Shown here one piece after another: positions 9,209 to 18,285 of a stretch of DNA of 64,000 bases. Positions within the stretch are counted from its first letter, which is position 1; each line of letters starts with the position of its first letter. The notes under the pieces are model-generated. The model was not told the DNA's origin. It saw only the letters and a list, made by a program, of their open reading frames with translations, and made no database searches. This DNA comes from Candidatus Omnitrophota bacterium (lineage in GTDB: Bacteria > Omnitrophota > Gorgyraeia > B26-G9), in assembly GCA_043805415.1 (NCBI GenBank), contig JAZDHZ010000007.1, positions 93,786 through 157,785 of the forward strand. The letters are read 5' to 3'. The translations under genes were made by a program, and so were the position numbers.

Positions 9209-9988
9209 TTAAGTAAAATCAGCGAAAAATTTCTTATTATTCCTAAATAAAACAATGCCCAATATCCCAAAGCCAAGGCTTATGCCCAGCATCCAGCCAA
9301 GGGCAAAAAAACCGGGAACTTTAGCATAAAGCAAAATATCCCGGTAAGCGTTTATATACAAGCTCAAGGGATTAAGGTAAAAAAATCCTCGGATATTTTC
9401 CGGAACCAAAGACAAAGGATAAAAAATCGGAGTAGCATAAAACCATACCAGCATAATCAGCTCAATAATATATTTCACATCCCGGTAAAAAGTATGCAAA
9501 GCCGCCACAGACAGGCAAAGCCCAACAATAAATACAGTCTGAAGAATGATTATCAGCGGCAGATAAACCCACGGCCAGCTGGGGAAAATTCTAAAATAAG
9601 CTAAAAACGCGAATAGGAGAAACTGGGAAATAAGAAAATTAAACAGATTCGCGCAAACAACGGAAAGCGGAATCACTTCATAAGGAAAATAAGCTTTTTT
9701 AATCAGACTGGCATTATCGACTATTGAAGTCGCGGCCGCGGTTAAAGAAAAATTCAGAAAAAACCAGGGCAAAAGCGCGCTCAGAAGAAATACCGGATAA
9801 TTGGCAATCTGGATCTTCATAATAAAAGTAAACACCAGGCTGAAAACCAGCATTAAAAGCAAAGGATTGAGCAAAGACCATAGCCAGCCTAAGACCGCTG
9901 ACTTATACTTTATTTTTATTTCTTTTTTAGTCAGGCTGATAATCAAATTGCGGTAAGCATAAATGCTTTTTATATAAGCGTAACTCAT
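9209..9988 (-). CDS. ABC-2 type (Wzm/TagG-like) polysaccharide exporter permease
   Basis: 259 aa, about 6 hydrophobic helices; sits directly upstream of the Wzt-like ATPase; start overlaps the stop of the 9985..11277 gene. Confidence 0.75.
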   Translation of the reverse strand: MSYAYIKSIYAYRNLIISLTKKEIKIKYKSAVLGWLWSLLNPLLLMLVFSLVFTFIMKIQIANYPVFLLSALLPWFFLNFSLTAAATSIVDNASLIKKAYFPYEVIPLSVVCANLFNFLISQFLLFAFLAYFRIFPSWPWVYLPLIIILQTVFIVGLCLSVAALHTFYRDVKYIIELIMLVWFYATPIFYPLSLVPENIRGFFYLNPLSLYINAYRDILLYAKVPGFFALGWMLGISLGFGILGIVLFRNNKKFFADFT

Positions 9989-11277
9989 AGTTTATTTATC
10001 TCCTGAGCAATAACCTTTCCATCAATAATCACATCTTCCATTGACATGTATTTCCATTGCCCAAACCGTCCCACGGGAAAGATATTATTCGCTTTTAAAA
10101 AATCATTCAGCGCCTGCATGCTCAGACGATAATTATGATCATATACAACATAGGCATATTTAATATTATGCGCGTGGGAAACTAAAATAAGATCATCCTT
10201 GGTTAAAATCCCAGCGCTGATCAAATCATTTTGGATTATTTTATTTATATCTTTTTTGGGCAAAGGTTTATTTTCGGAATATGATACTTCCGCGTATAAA
10301 GAACTTTTATTCGCGGGAGCAACATTCTGCGAAAAATTCATCGGAAACCCCAGCCGAAAAAAAACAAACTTATCTTCCGGATAATAAATCCAGTGTTTAT
10401 CACTTATCCGCGGCCGGTCAATGCCCAGATTAAGATTATATATTGAGATATATCTAAGCTGGGAAAACGCGGTTTTTACTTTTTCCGGCATCTTATTAAC
10501 AATTAGTTTCTTTAATTCAATCATCGGCAAAGAACAAATAAGCTGCGTAAACTTTTCGGTTCGGCCATTATTAAATTTTACTGTTTTCTGCTCGAGATCT
10601 ATTGCCTGCGTCTCATGTTCAGTATATATGTTTTTGACCTGGTTAGCAAAAGCTTTTGCCAGCTGATCAATTCCCCCGGTTTGCGGATACCAGAATTCAC
10701 TATTATAACCCAAGGCTTTGGTTTTTAAAGTAAATGCTCCATCCAGGACTGTTTTTATTTTTACCTGAGGAACATAATTCACTGTCCAATCAGCTATAAG
10801 CTCTTGCGGCGGCACAGTCCAAAATTTATAGTTATAGGGATACATGAAATATTTTGTTATCCCCTTGCCAAACCTATCTAACATCCACTCGTAAAGATTT
10901 TGCTGGTCATTATCTTTTGTTTTCAATGAGGCTTTGAGCATTCCGAGAATGCATTTTTTTACTATTTGCAAAGGCAAGCCAAAAGTATTTGCCTGAAAAG
11001 GATATTTCGTATAGATATCATGAGAGTAAATCCAGGCATTACGCTTATGGCTAGATAATAAATCCGGCAAAAGTTTATTAATTAATTGTTTAACATAATT
11101 GGTTTTAAAATGCAGAAGATGCCCATCATAATCAAAAATAAAACCATTCACCAAATCAGTGCGGGCAAGACCGCCGACCTGGTCTTCTTTTTCAAATATC
11201 TTAACTTCATCCTGAATATGAAAAGCAGTGCTTAATCCAGCAAGCCCAGCACCTAAAATTATAATTTTCTTACTCAT
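9985..11277 (-). CDS. FAD-dependent oxidoreductase, UDP-galactopyranose mutase (Glf)-like
   Basis: N-terminal dinucleotide fold IIILGAGLAGLSTAFHI; VGGLARTD...YDGHLLHF and PFQANTF blocks resemble Glf IGGNAYTE...YGAHIFHT...PFNMNTF; ATGA overlap with the WecA-like gene. Confidence 0.55.
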   Translation of the reverse strand: MSKKIIILGAGLAGLSTAFHIQDEVKIFEKEDQVGGLARTDLVNGFIFDYDGHLLHFKTNYVKQLINKLLPDLLSSHKRNAWIYSHDIYTKYPFQANTFGLPLQIVKKCILGMLKASLKTKDNDQQNLYEWMLDRFGKGITKYFMYPYNYKFWTVPPQELIADWTVNYVPQVKIKTVLDGAFTLKTKALGYNSEFWYPQTGGIDQLAKAFANQVKNIYTEHETQAIDLEQKTVKFNNGRTEKFTQLICSLPMIELKKLIVNKMPEKVKTAFSQLRYISIYNLNLGIDRPRISDKHWIYYPEDKFVFFRLGFPMNFSQNVAPANKSSLYAEVSYSENKPLPKKDINKIIQNDLISAGILTKDDLILVSHAHNIKYAYVVYDHNYRLSMQALNDFLKANNIFPVGRFGQWKYMSMEDVIIDGKVIAQEINKL

Positions 11278-12290
11278 TCATTTATTTCCAATCGGCTTAA
11301 TTTCATTCCGACTAAACACATAATGCTAATAACCAATAAAAACATAAATAAACCCAAAGTATTTGAACCGAGAAAAATCACTAATGCGCAGCAATTAGTG
11401 ATAATCGCCAGGATGATCATTATCCGCAATATCGATCCCTTGGAAATTCCGATTTTAAGCATTCTGAATACAAAATGATCATTACTTTTCATAAAAATAG
11501 ATTTTTTTTGCCTAAACCGCACAAAAATAACAAAAAGCATATCAAAAAGCGGTAAAGCCAGGATTACTAGAGGGATAACCAAACCGATTTCATGACCTGT
11601 GGGCGCGAAACTTAATGATATTGCCATTACTGCCAGGGAAAACCCCAAAAACTGACTGCCCGCATCACCCATAAATATCCGCGCCGGAGGCAGATTATAT
11701 TTTAAAAAAGCAATTAAAACCGCACACTGAAGTCCGGCGATAAGGATAACAAAATGATTGTTTGTTAAAACCGCAAAAATCAAAAAAACAATCGTACTGA
11801 TTAAAGCCACGCCCCCAGCCAGCCCATCAAGTATATCCAGCAGATTAAACGCGTTAATCAATAAAATAATCCAGAAAAAACTCAAAACTATATTAAAAAA
11901 AGTGTTCAGATAAACAATCTCTGTTCGCATCACAAAACCAATTAGCAGCATTGCCCCGAGGAATTGCCCTGCCAGTTTTTCCCTGGGATTCATTTCTTTA
12001 ATATCATCATAAAAGCCAAGCAATGTGATAATCGCGGCTGCCAGCATAAACATACAGAATCCAAATAAGTCAATCGAGAAACAAGGAAAGCGGACAAACG
12101 CGAAACCAAGAATTAAAAACACACTGAACATGCCGATTCCGCCAAGATAAGGAACCTGTCTTGGATCTATTTTTTGCGGAGCAGGACCAGTAACAAAACC
12201 CTTAGCTTTCGCGAATTTTTCCAACAAGGGCAATAAAAAATAGCATAAGCCAAAAGCACTGATAAATAATAAACCAATAGTACTGGACAT
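11274..12290 (-). CDS. Glycosyltransferase family 4 polyprenyl-phosphate sugar-1-phosphate transferase (WecA/MraY family)
   Basis: Polytopic membrane protein carrying the family signature NAFNLLDILDGLAGG and the DD-containing FYDDIKE motif; first gene of the operon. Confidence 0.75.
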   Translation of the reverse strand: MSSTIGLLFISAFGLCYFLLPLLEKFAKAKGFVTGPAPQKIDPRQVPYLGGIGMFSVFLILGFAFVRFPCFSIDLFGFCMFMLAAAIITLLGFYDDIKEMNPREKLAGQFLGAMLLIGFVMRTEIVYLNTFFNIVLSFFWIILLINAFNLLDILDGLAGGVALISTIVFLIFAVLTNNHFVILIAGLQCAVLIAFLKYNLPPARIFMGDAGSQFLGFSLAVMAISLSFAPTGHEIGLVIPLVILALPLFDMLFVIFVRFRQKKSIFMKSNDHFVFRMLKIGISKGSILRIMIILAIITNCCALVIFLGSNTLGLFMFLLVISIMCLVGMKLSRLEINE

Positions 12291-12625
12291 AATTTAAACC
12301 TTATATATTTTAATTCAGAACAGAGGTGACTCCCCACTATAATTTACAGACAATACAATTAATACAGGGCTAGATTAGCTTGCTTAGATAAAAACAGCCT
12401 GTGCTTTGCTGAAAATTGAAGCTAATTATTCGCAACACCTTGAAATTATAAATAGTTAGACTATTTTCGTGTAAAAATAATATAGCAAAAAACAGCTAAG
12501 TTGTCAAATGAATAGAATCTGTAAATCAGAAAGGAAAACAGGAGAAATAAAGGAATTTTAAAAGTCAGGAATTGCTATGGAAATATGGTTTATTCCGCGG
12601 ACTCAACTTAAGACAAACATATAAC

Positions 12626-13009
12626 TTATGACGACAGCTCTAATCCTTCGAGAAAATCATCAACAATTTTTTTATTCTGGTCATTTTTCCACCAGGAAAA
12701 GCTTATCCCTGATCTATATTTATCAGCATCCTGGTAAGTCCATTCCACTTTGCCGAAAACTCTTATTGGGCTAATAGTTTCATTTAGTAAAATATCTATA
12801 CTTAGACGTGTGCCAACAGCCATTGTTTCTTTTGAATAAATTCCTGCGCCGAAAAGAGTAAAATCCCGCAAAAAGCATTCTGTTCCGTTCCAATAGCGAA
12901 ACCATGCCTGCGGATCTAAGGGCCTAACCTGTACAGCTGATTTATCAGCTAATTTTCTTATATTCGCTCTCTGTTCCTTTGCGATAATATCCATATTTTT
13001 TTGCTCCAA
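12626..13009 (-). CDS. Small stand-alone PilZ-domain protein (putative c-di-GMP receptor)
   Basis: RANIRK (RxxxR) and DFTLFG (DxSxxG-like) motifs; paralog of the 37540..37899 protein (RPLDPQ.WFR.WN...VFGKVEW...G.SFSWWK shared). Confidence 0.6.
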   Translation of the reverse strand: MEQKNMDIIAKEQRANIRKLADKSAVQVRPLDPQAWFRYWNGTECFLRDFTLFGAGIYSKETMAVGTRLSIDILLNETISPIRVFGKVEWTYQDADKYRSGISFSWWKNDQNKKIVDDFLEGLELSS

Positions 13010-13193
13010 TTCAGCTTATTTCAGATTAATAGTTTCTTTAATTTATTTGCTCTTATTTAATCTATTTTTCAAACCCGCAGAGAATAAATCAAAACTATTT
13101 CCCATAGTTTTATAAAGCCTTTTTAAATATTTCATAAGTTTACACTAATGTTTAATTTTTTGCAAATTATTTTTTAAAAATGACAACCATTTT

Positions 13194-13211
13194 CACGTCA
13201 CCGCGTCGTGG
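13194..13211. other. GC-rich hairpin-like motif cacgtcaccgcgtcgtgg, ~50-70 nt downstream of the pilin-like gene stop
   Basis: Shares CACGTCAC..CGTGG with the 1761..1780 hairpin; the stem is shorter here. Confidence 0.3.
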
Positions 13212-13262
13212 AACGGTTGCAGCCAAATGGATGAATTAAGTATTGTGTCCCTTTATTTACCT

Positions 13263-13937
13263 TTATTTAGGCAGGGAAATTGTAGCAGTATAGTCATTTT
13301 TGTAAAATTCAGGGTTTGTTGTTTGTGTGCCCATGCCCATTTCTATGGTAATCAATACTTCTATCTTGCTCGGCGCTCCGTCAGTTCGTGAATCCCAGTC
13401 AATGAATGGAGCTCCGGAGCTGTCAAAAAAAGTAAATTGTAAATCAGTGATATTTTCGGAAAATGGATCGCTTGATCCAGTATTAAAATTAAAATCAAAA
13501 CCAACCGGATCTAAGGTTTTTCTACCGTCAGTAACATAAAATCTTTCTAATACATCATCATTTAATTCCGCGGTTCCCTGCCCATCCAGCCAGAATCCAA
13601 CTTCACATAAATCGGATTTATCAGCTTCATTTGGATTTAAAGCAGCAATAAAATAAAGTTCATCGCCAATGCTATCTGTTCTCCATCCGCTGGGAGTGGT
13701 TTTATCAAATCCTAAACAATAAAAATTATTACCTTCTCTAATCACCGCGCTGGAAATCTCTCGAGTCATTCGATCTAAAACAACCCGCGCGATAGTCGTA
13801 GATTTTAAAATATTATCCGCCTTTTTCCAAGCACGCAAAGAAACATTAAAAACCGAATACAAAATCGCTATCAGTAAAGCAAGAATTCCGATAGAAACTA
13901 AAAGCTCAATCAGGGTAAATCCTTTTTTTAAAACCAT
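13263..13937 (-). CDS. Type IV pilin / pseudopilin-like protein (prepilin N-terminal cleavage/methylation domain)
   Basis: N-terminus KKGFTLIELLVSIGILALLIAILYSVF: class III signal with G-1, F+1, E+5 and a hydrophobic helix; start codon overlaps the stop of the upstream 767-aa gene. Confidence 0.7.
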   Translation of the reverse strand: MVLKKGFTLIELLVSIGILALLIAILYSVFNVSLRAWKKADNILKSTTIARVVLDRMTREISSAVIREGNNFYCLGFDKTTPSGWRTDSIGDELYFIAALNPNEADKSDLCEVGFWLDGQGTAELNDDVLERFYVTDGRKTLDPVGFDFNFNTGSSDPFSENITDLQFTFFDSSGAPFIDWDSRTDGAPSKIEVLITIEMGMGTQTTNPEFYKNDYTATISLPK

Positions 13938-16240
13938 TAAAATGTTCCCTCATAAACAACTCGAACAATATGCCGGGTATCTAAAACAGCGCTCTGCCAT
14001 CCCAGGCCTTTAATATAATCACCCAGATCGCTAAACTGCAAAGAAATTTTACTATTTTCATCACACTGATAAATACACTCAAAATAAAGATTATGGTGTC
14101 CAACAACATCCCCATCTCTTCCATAATCTGAGACACGGCTATAGCGGTAAACAAGGCGGGTGCTTACATCTTCATTCAGCCAGTAACGAATATCCGCTCC
14201 GGTATAATTCATAAAATCATCTAATGTCGCGGCATAATTAAATTCATTATAAGTATATTCCAAGCCTATCTCCGTCCATTTATCCGGAGTTATAACCAAG
14301 CGGGTTTTACTAATATAATAATACGGATAAGGCGCCTGCGGATTAATATCAAGCCAGGTATAAAGATAATCGGGAAATTCAGGATACTCATTAGTTTTTT
14401 CTAATATTTCCTCTAAACTCAGCCATTGATTAAAATCATATTTAAATCCCGCTGATACTGTGCTTATATCCGGGCTTTTACCTTCAGCCGTGTCCGGACG
14501 ATTGTGCGCGAGCATCAAAAACTTGTAAAGCATTTGTTCGCTTGCTTGATAAGCCACCTCGCCTCTTAAAACATTTTCCACAAATGAATCATCTGTGGCA
14601 TTGCTGACATTGCGGAAATTAAGATAAACATCAGTGCCTTCAAATTTACCAAAATGAACATCGGCTGCTGAGACTTTTCTGTCTTTATCAATACTATTGC
14701 CAATCCGATAGTTTTCTTCATCATCGCCGCGGCGAAAAAATGCTATATGTCTGCCCCATTGCTGATCGTTTTTAGTGTAGTTATACGCTGCCAAGGGAGC
14801 TTCAAATTCCCGGCCCATTTGAGAGTATGAAAAACTGGAATCAATCGGCATTTCAAAAGGATCGATTTTACTTTTAAGCGCGACCGTATACGCGTCATCG
14901 TCGCTCTTTACTTCATAAGCTTCATTATTAGTATTATGTTCGGTTTTCGAAATCGCGGCTTCGGCTTTTATGGCGTGATACTCATTAATTTGATAAGAAG
15001 AATCAATGGCCATGGCCTGATCAAACGCGTCCTGACTATCATTATTAAACCCTACTCTTGAACTATAAATTGATCCCAGCATGAATTGATCAGAAAATTC
15101 TTTTTTAAACCTAAAGGCTAAAGGAATATTATTTACTTCAGTATAATCATCCCAAAGATCTAAAGGCGCTGCCATCATAAAATCCGTATAAATGCTGGCA
15201 ATTTCCCCTTCAAACCGAAAAGCTCTGAGCAAAGTAAGCCAGTTGCCGGCGCTGTCTCTTAAAACTTCGTCAGCCTGCCAGGCTCCGCTTGTCCAGCCTT
15301 CGGCTGTATATAACCTGCCGGGTATCCATTTATACAGCCACGGACTTGCCTGCCAAAAAATATGATTATTGACTAATTTCAGCGGATCATCGGAATACAT
15401 TGATATATTTTCTTCGGCATATAAAAATAAAATCATCCGGTATTCATCTTCTTTATAATCAAACCATAAAGCTTTTATTGGTTTTAACTCCATATCAACT
15501 TTTAATTCCGGAATGTCTATTCTATGCGTATCTGATCCATATGATCCAAAAACAGTTGTGGGCGGGGCAAAGCCGTTGGAGACTTTTGCTTCCGGCAAAT
15601 TAAATGTATCTCCGGCCGCGGAACGCACTGTTTGCGGATATAGATTACCCGTATTAGACCAGTATTTTAACTGAAACTCTACTGGATCCGCGCCATCAAC
15701 CGCTCCATACCAGCTAGGCAAAGTGATTTTTTGTGACTTACCGACAAAAGCCCAGGGGTCGATGGATATTTTTGTATACAGGGAAAGCTTATCATTTATC
15801 GGAGCATCAATGCTTAACTGCAATTGATTGTAGATGGAAGGGTCATAAGTATTATAACGGTTCTCGCCATAAACCCAACGCCAGGAACGCTCCCGCTGAA
15901 GATAATTAGCGTCTTTCCAAATTAAGTCCGAAGTATCGGATCCTAAATTAAACCGGAAACTCCCTTTTACTACCGGCTCATAAAGCAGTTCATCTTTCGC
16001 GTAGTCTTCCTGAGCCAGCGCGTAAACATCAGGATCATATAGGTCGGAATACTCCTGATCAATAACTTCACTGCTTTGATCTTGAGCAAAAGTAAATGGG
16101 CAAAAAAAGATATAGTTTAATCCTAAAAATAAAATTATGAATTTAAACAGATAAGCTGATAAGCCGCTACCGCTAAAAAAAAATCTCTTTAGCTTCTTTA
16201 ACTTCTCAAGTAAAACATTTTGATTTCGCATATTTATCAA
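13937..16240 (-). CDS. Large secreted, aromatic-rich protein, possibly an outer-membrane beta-barrel (767 aa)
   Basis: N-terminal signal peptide ending ...PFTFAQ|DQ; Y/W/F-rich, alternating-polarity sequence; C-terminal ...VYEGTF ends with Phe as many OMPs do. Confidence 0.4.
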   Translation of the reverse strand: MINMRNQNVLLEKLKKLKRFFFSGSGLSAYLFKFIILFLGLNYIFFCPFTFAQDQSSEVIDQEYSDLYDPDVYALAQEDYAKDELLYEPVVKGSFRFNLGSDTSDLIWKDANYLQRERSWRWVYGENRYNTYDPSIYNQLQLSIDAPINDKLSLYTKISIDPWAFVGKSQKITLPSWYGAVDGADPVEFQLKYWSNTGNLYPQTVRSAAGDTFNLPEAKVSNGFAPPTTVFGSYGSDTHRIDIPELKVDMELKPIKALWFDYKEDEYRMILFLYAEENISMYSDDPLKLVNNHIFWQASPWLYKWIPGRLYTAEGWTSGAWQADEVLRDSAGNWLTLLRAFRFEGEIASIYTDFMMAAPLDLWDDYTEVNNIPLAFRFKKEFSDQFMLGSIYSSRVGFNNDSQDAFDQAMAIDSSYQINEYHAIKAEAAISKTEHNTNNEAYEVKSDDDAYTVALKSKIDPFEMPIDSSFSYSQMGREFEAPLAAYNYTKNDQQWGRHIAFFRRGDDEENYRIGNSIDKDRKVSAADVHFGKFEGTDVYLNFRNVSNATDDSFVENVLRGEVAYQASEQMLYKFLMLAHNRPDTAEGKSPDISTVSAGFKYDFNQWLSLEEILEKTNEYPEFPDYLYTWLDINPQAPYPYYYISKTRLVITPDKWTEIGLEYTYNEFNYAATLDDFMNYTGADIRYWLNEDVSTRLVYRYSRVSDYGRDGDVVGHHNLYFECIYQCDENSKISLQFSDLGDYIKGLGWQSAVLDTRHIVRVVYEGTF

Positions 16241-16278
16241 CCGTCCTTGGCTAAACTACACTATTCATAGTTAATTTC

Positions 16279-18231
16279 CTAAAATATATTATACTCCTCT
16301 TTGGCAAAAATTGCAAAATTAGTGCCCGCGGCTGAGATTGAGCCGCTATCCGGCGTATACCAGCCATGTCCGGTATCAACAGCGCTATTACTGGCATAAG
16401 GCAAGCCTCCGCTGCCTTTGCTTAAACCAAAGGCTGAACGCACAAGCATCAGTTTTTCCAGCTCGCCCAGATAATAATCCGCTCTGCGCTCATATTTATC
16501 CGCCTTAGCCGGATCTGATTGCTGTTTATAAAAACTGCTGATCTGGCGAAAAGCGACAACCATTTGCGCTGTCCATTCTACTGAAATTGTTCCGCTTCTG
16601 CTGATGCTTGAAGGCGCGCAAAAATCAAAACCGCTTATGTTTATTTTTTTGCCTGAAATATTTTTAACATTTATAGTGGTCTTGCAATTTTCCTCCGCGC
16701 AGTCGATCAGATCATCAATTGTAACTCCCATATCTTCCAGTCCTTCCGGGCCAAAAGCCATAATGCTCAGGGCAATCGTATCAGTCGCGATCATCCGATC
16801 ATCAGTACCGCGATTAAATCTTTTTAATGTTTTATTATAAGCGGTATCTTTAAGCCAGCCATGTATTTTCCGCGCGGCCAGAGCATAGCGCTGATCATGC
16901 TCGGTTTTAAATAGGGTTTTAAAAAATATATACGCGGCAATATTCTGCTCTGTACCGGCCCAACTAACCTGAGGCCCTCCCGGCAAAGATCCATCACTAT
17001 TTTTGTTTTGCAAATCAAGCAGCCAATCAGCTATTTCATAAACCAGTTTGCTATAGGTATTTTTACCAGTAGCTTGTTCATAACGCATAATTGCCAGGCC
17101 TAAATAGATAACTGGTCCGGTGTGCACAATATATTCTGAAACATTGCCGGTAATTACATCATAGGCATTAGCAAACCCGCCTTGAACTTTTTTAGCGCGG
17201 TTATTAAAAAAATCAAAAATAAGTTCCGCCTTTTCAAACTGTTTAAAATTAATAAAATTAAACGCGCTCAGAGCCTGGTCATAAGTAAATCCGACATCGA
17301 TTAAAGCATGATCATTATCATAACTTACAATAAGCCCGGTCTTACTGCTTTGCGAAGCAATAAGCCATTGCCGCATTAAATCCAGAGTCTTATCTTCTAA
17401 AACAACTCTTTTATCACTGATTTTCTCAAGCTTGGTCTCCAAAACAGCCTGGGTATCAGTGTATTTATTAAGCTTAGTCTGCATCTTTTGTTTTTCCGCG
17501 AATAAGTCAGCGAGCTGTTTTTTTAGCTTGCTTTGATCTACCAGCAATTTTTCAACTTCTTCAGTATTCTGCTCGCCGGCTTGCTGATTTTTAAGCGTCT
17601 CGATCTTTGCTAATTTTTCCTTCATCTGATTTTCCGCTTTTGAACTATTATTCAGCATATTGGCTAAAATAAACTTTTCCGCTTTAATTTTATCCAGTTC
17701 TTGGTTTACCATAAACTGTTCATCATTTAACTGTCCCAGATGCTGAACAAGTAAACTATTATCGCGGGTAAGCCGGATATTGTCATAAGCTAAAAACCCG
17801 CAAAATAAGACTAATAGCAAACCAGCCAAAGCAATCATCCGCGGAATAGCCAGCATAATCTTAGCAAAACGGATTATGCGTTTTTGTTCAACTTGATCAA
17901 TCGCTTCATACGCTAATCCGAGCATATAACTTTGGGGATAGGGAGCGGCGGTTTTTTTTGACCAGGCAACACGCGCGATGGCTTTAATTGGGTTTTGGGT
18001 TAAGGGAATATTTAAAAATACTTGAAGTTTGTTTTTGTTGTTTTTCAGTAATTCAGTATGCTCCTGGCTTAAACTGTTTATTTCCACGCATACACCTGAA
18101 AAACTTACGTCCCGGGTAAACCCCTGCATTAAATCGCTGATCGGCTTATTTTGAGCATCAACTATTTTTAATTCAACCGGAAATATCTTATTGAGCCGAA
18201 CGTATTTTCTTTGATCATTTATCATAGGCAA
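16279..18231 (-). CDS. PilZ-domain / transmembrane / coiled-coil / (alpha/alpha)-toroid-like fusion protein (650 aa)
   Basis: N-terminal RKYVRL...DVSFSG PilZ motifs; TM helix IMLAIPRMIALAGLLLVLFCGFLAY; long Q/K/E-rich coiled coil; C-terminal ~330 aa with repeated hydrophobic-helix/Gly-Trp blocks (GWLKDTAY, HGWYTPDSG). Confidence 0.5.
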   Translation of the reverse strand: MPMINDQRKYVRLNKIFPVELKIVDAQNKPISDLMQGFTRDVSFSGVCVEINSLSQEHTELLKNNKNKLQVFLNIPLTQNPIKAIARVAWSKKTAAPYPQSYMLGLAYEAIDQVEQKRIIRFAKIMLAIPRMIALAGLLLVLFCGFLAYDNIRLTRDNSLLVQHLGQLNDEQFMVNQELDKIKAEKFILANMLNNSSKAENQMKEKLAKIETLKNQQAGEQNTEEVEKLLVDQSKLKKQLADLFAEKQKMQTKLNKYTDTQAVLETKLEKISDKRVVLEDKTLDLMRQWLIASQSSKTGLIVSYDNDHALIDVGFTYDQALSAFNFINFKQFEKAELIFDFFNNRAKKVQGGFANAYDVITGNVSEYIVHTGPVIYLGLAIMRYEQATGKNTYSKLVYEIADWLLDLQNKNSDGSLPGGPQVSWAGTEQNIAAYIFFKTLFKTEHDQRYALAARKIHGWLKDTAYNKTLKRFNRGTDDRMIATDTIALSIMAFGPEGLEDMGVTIDDLIDCAEENCKTTINVKNISGKKINISGFDFCAPSSISRSGTISVEWTAQMVVAFRQISSFYKQQSDPAKADKYERRADYYLGELEKLMLVRSAFGLSKGSGGLPYASNSAVDTGHGWYTPDSGSISAAGTNFAIFAKEEYNIF

Positions 18232-18285
18232 ATAATATCGGGTATCAGTTGATTTAGGGTTTCAGGTTAAATGACTTAAGGTTTA

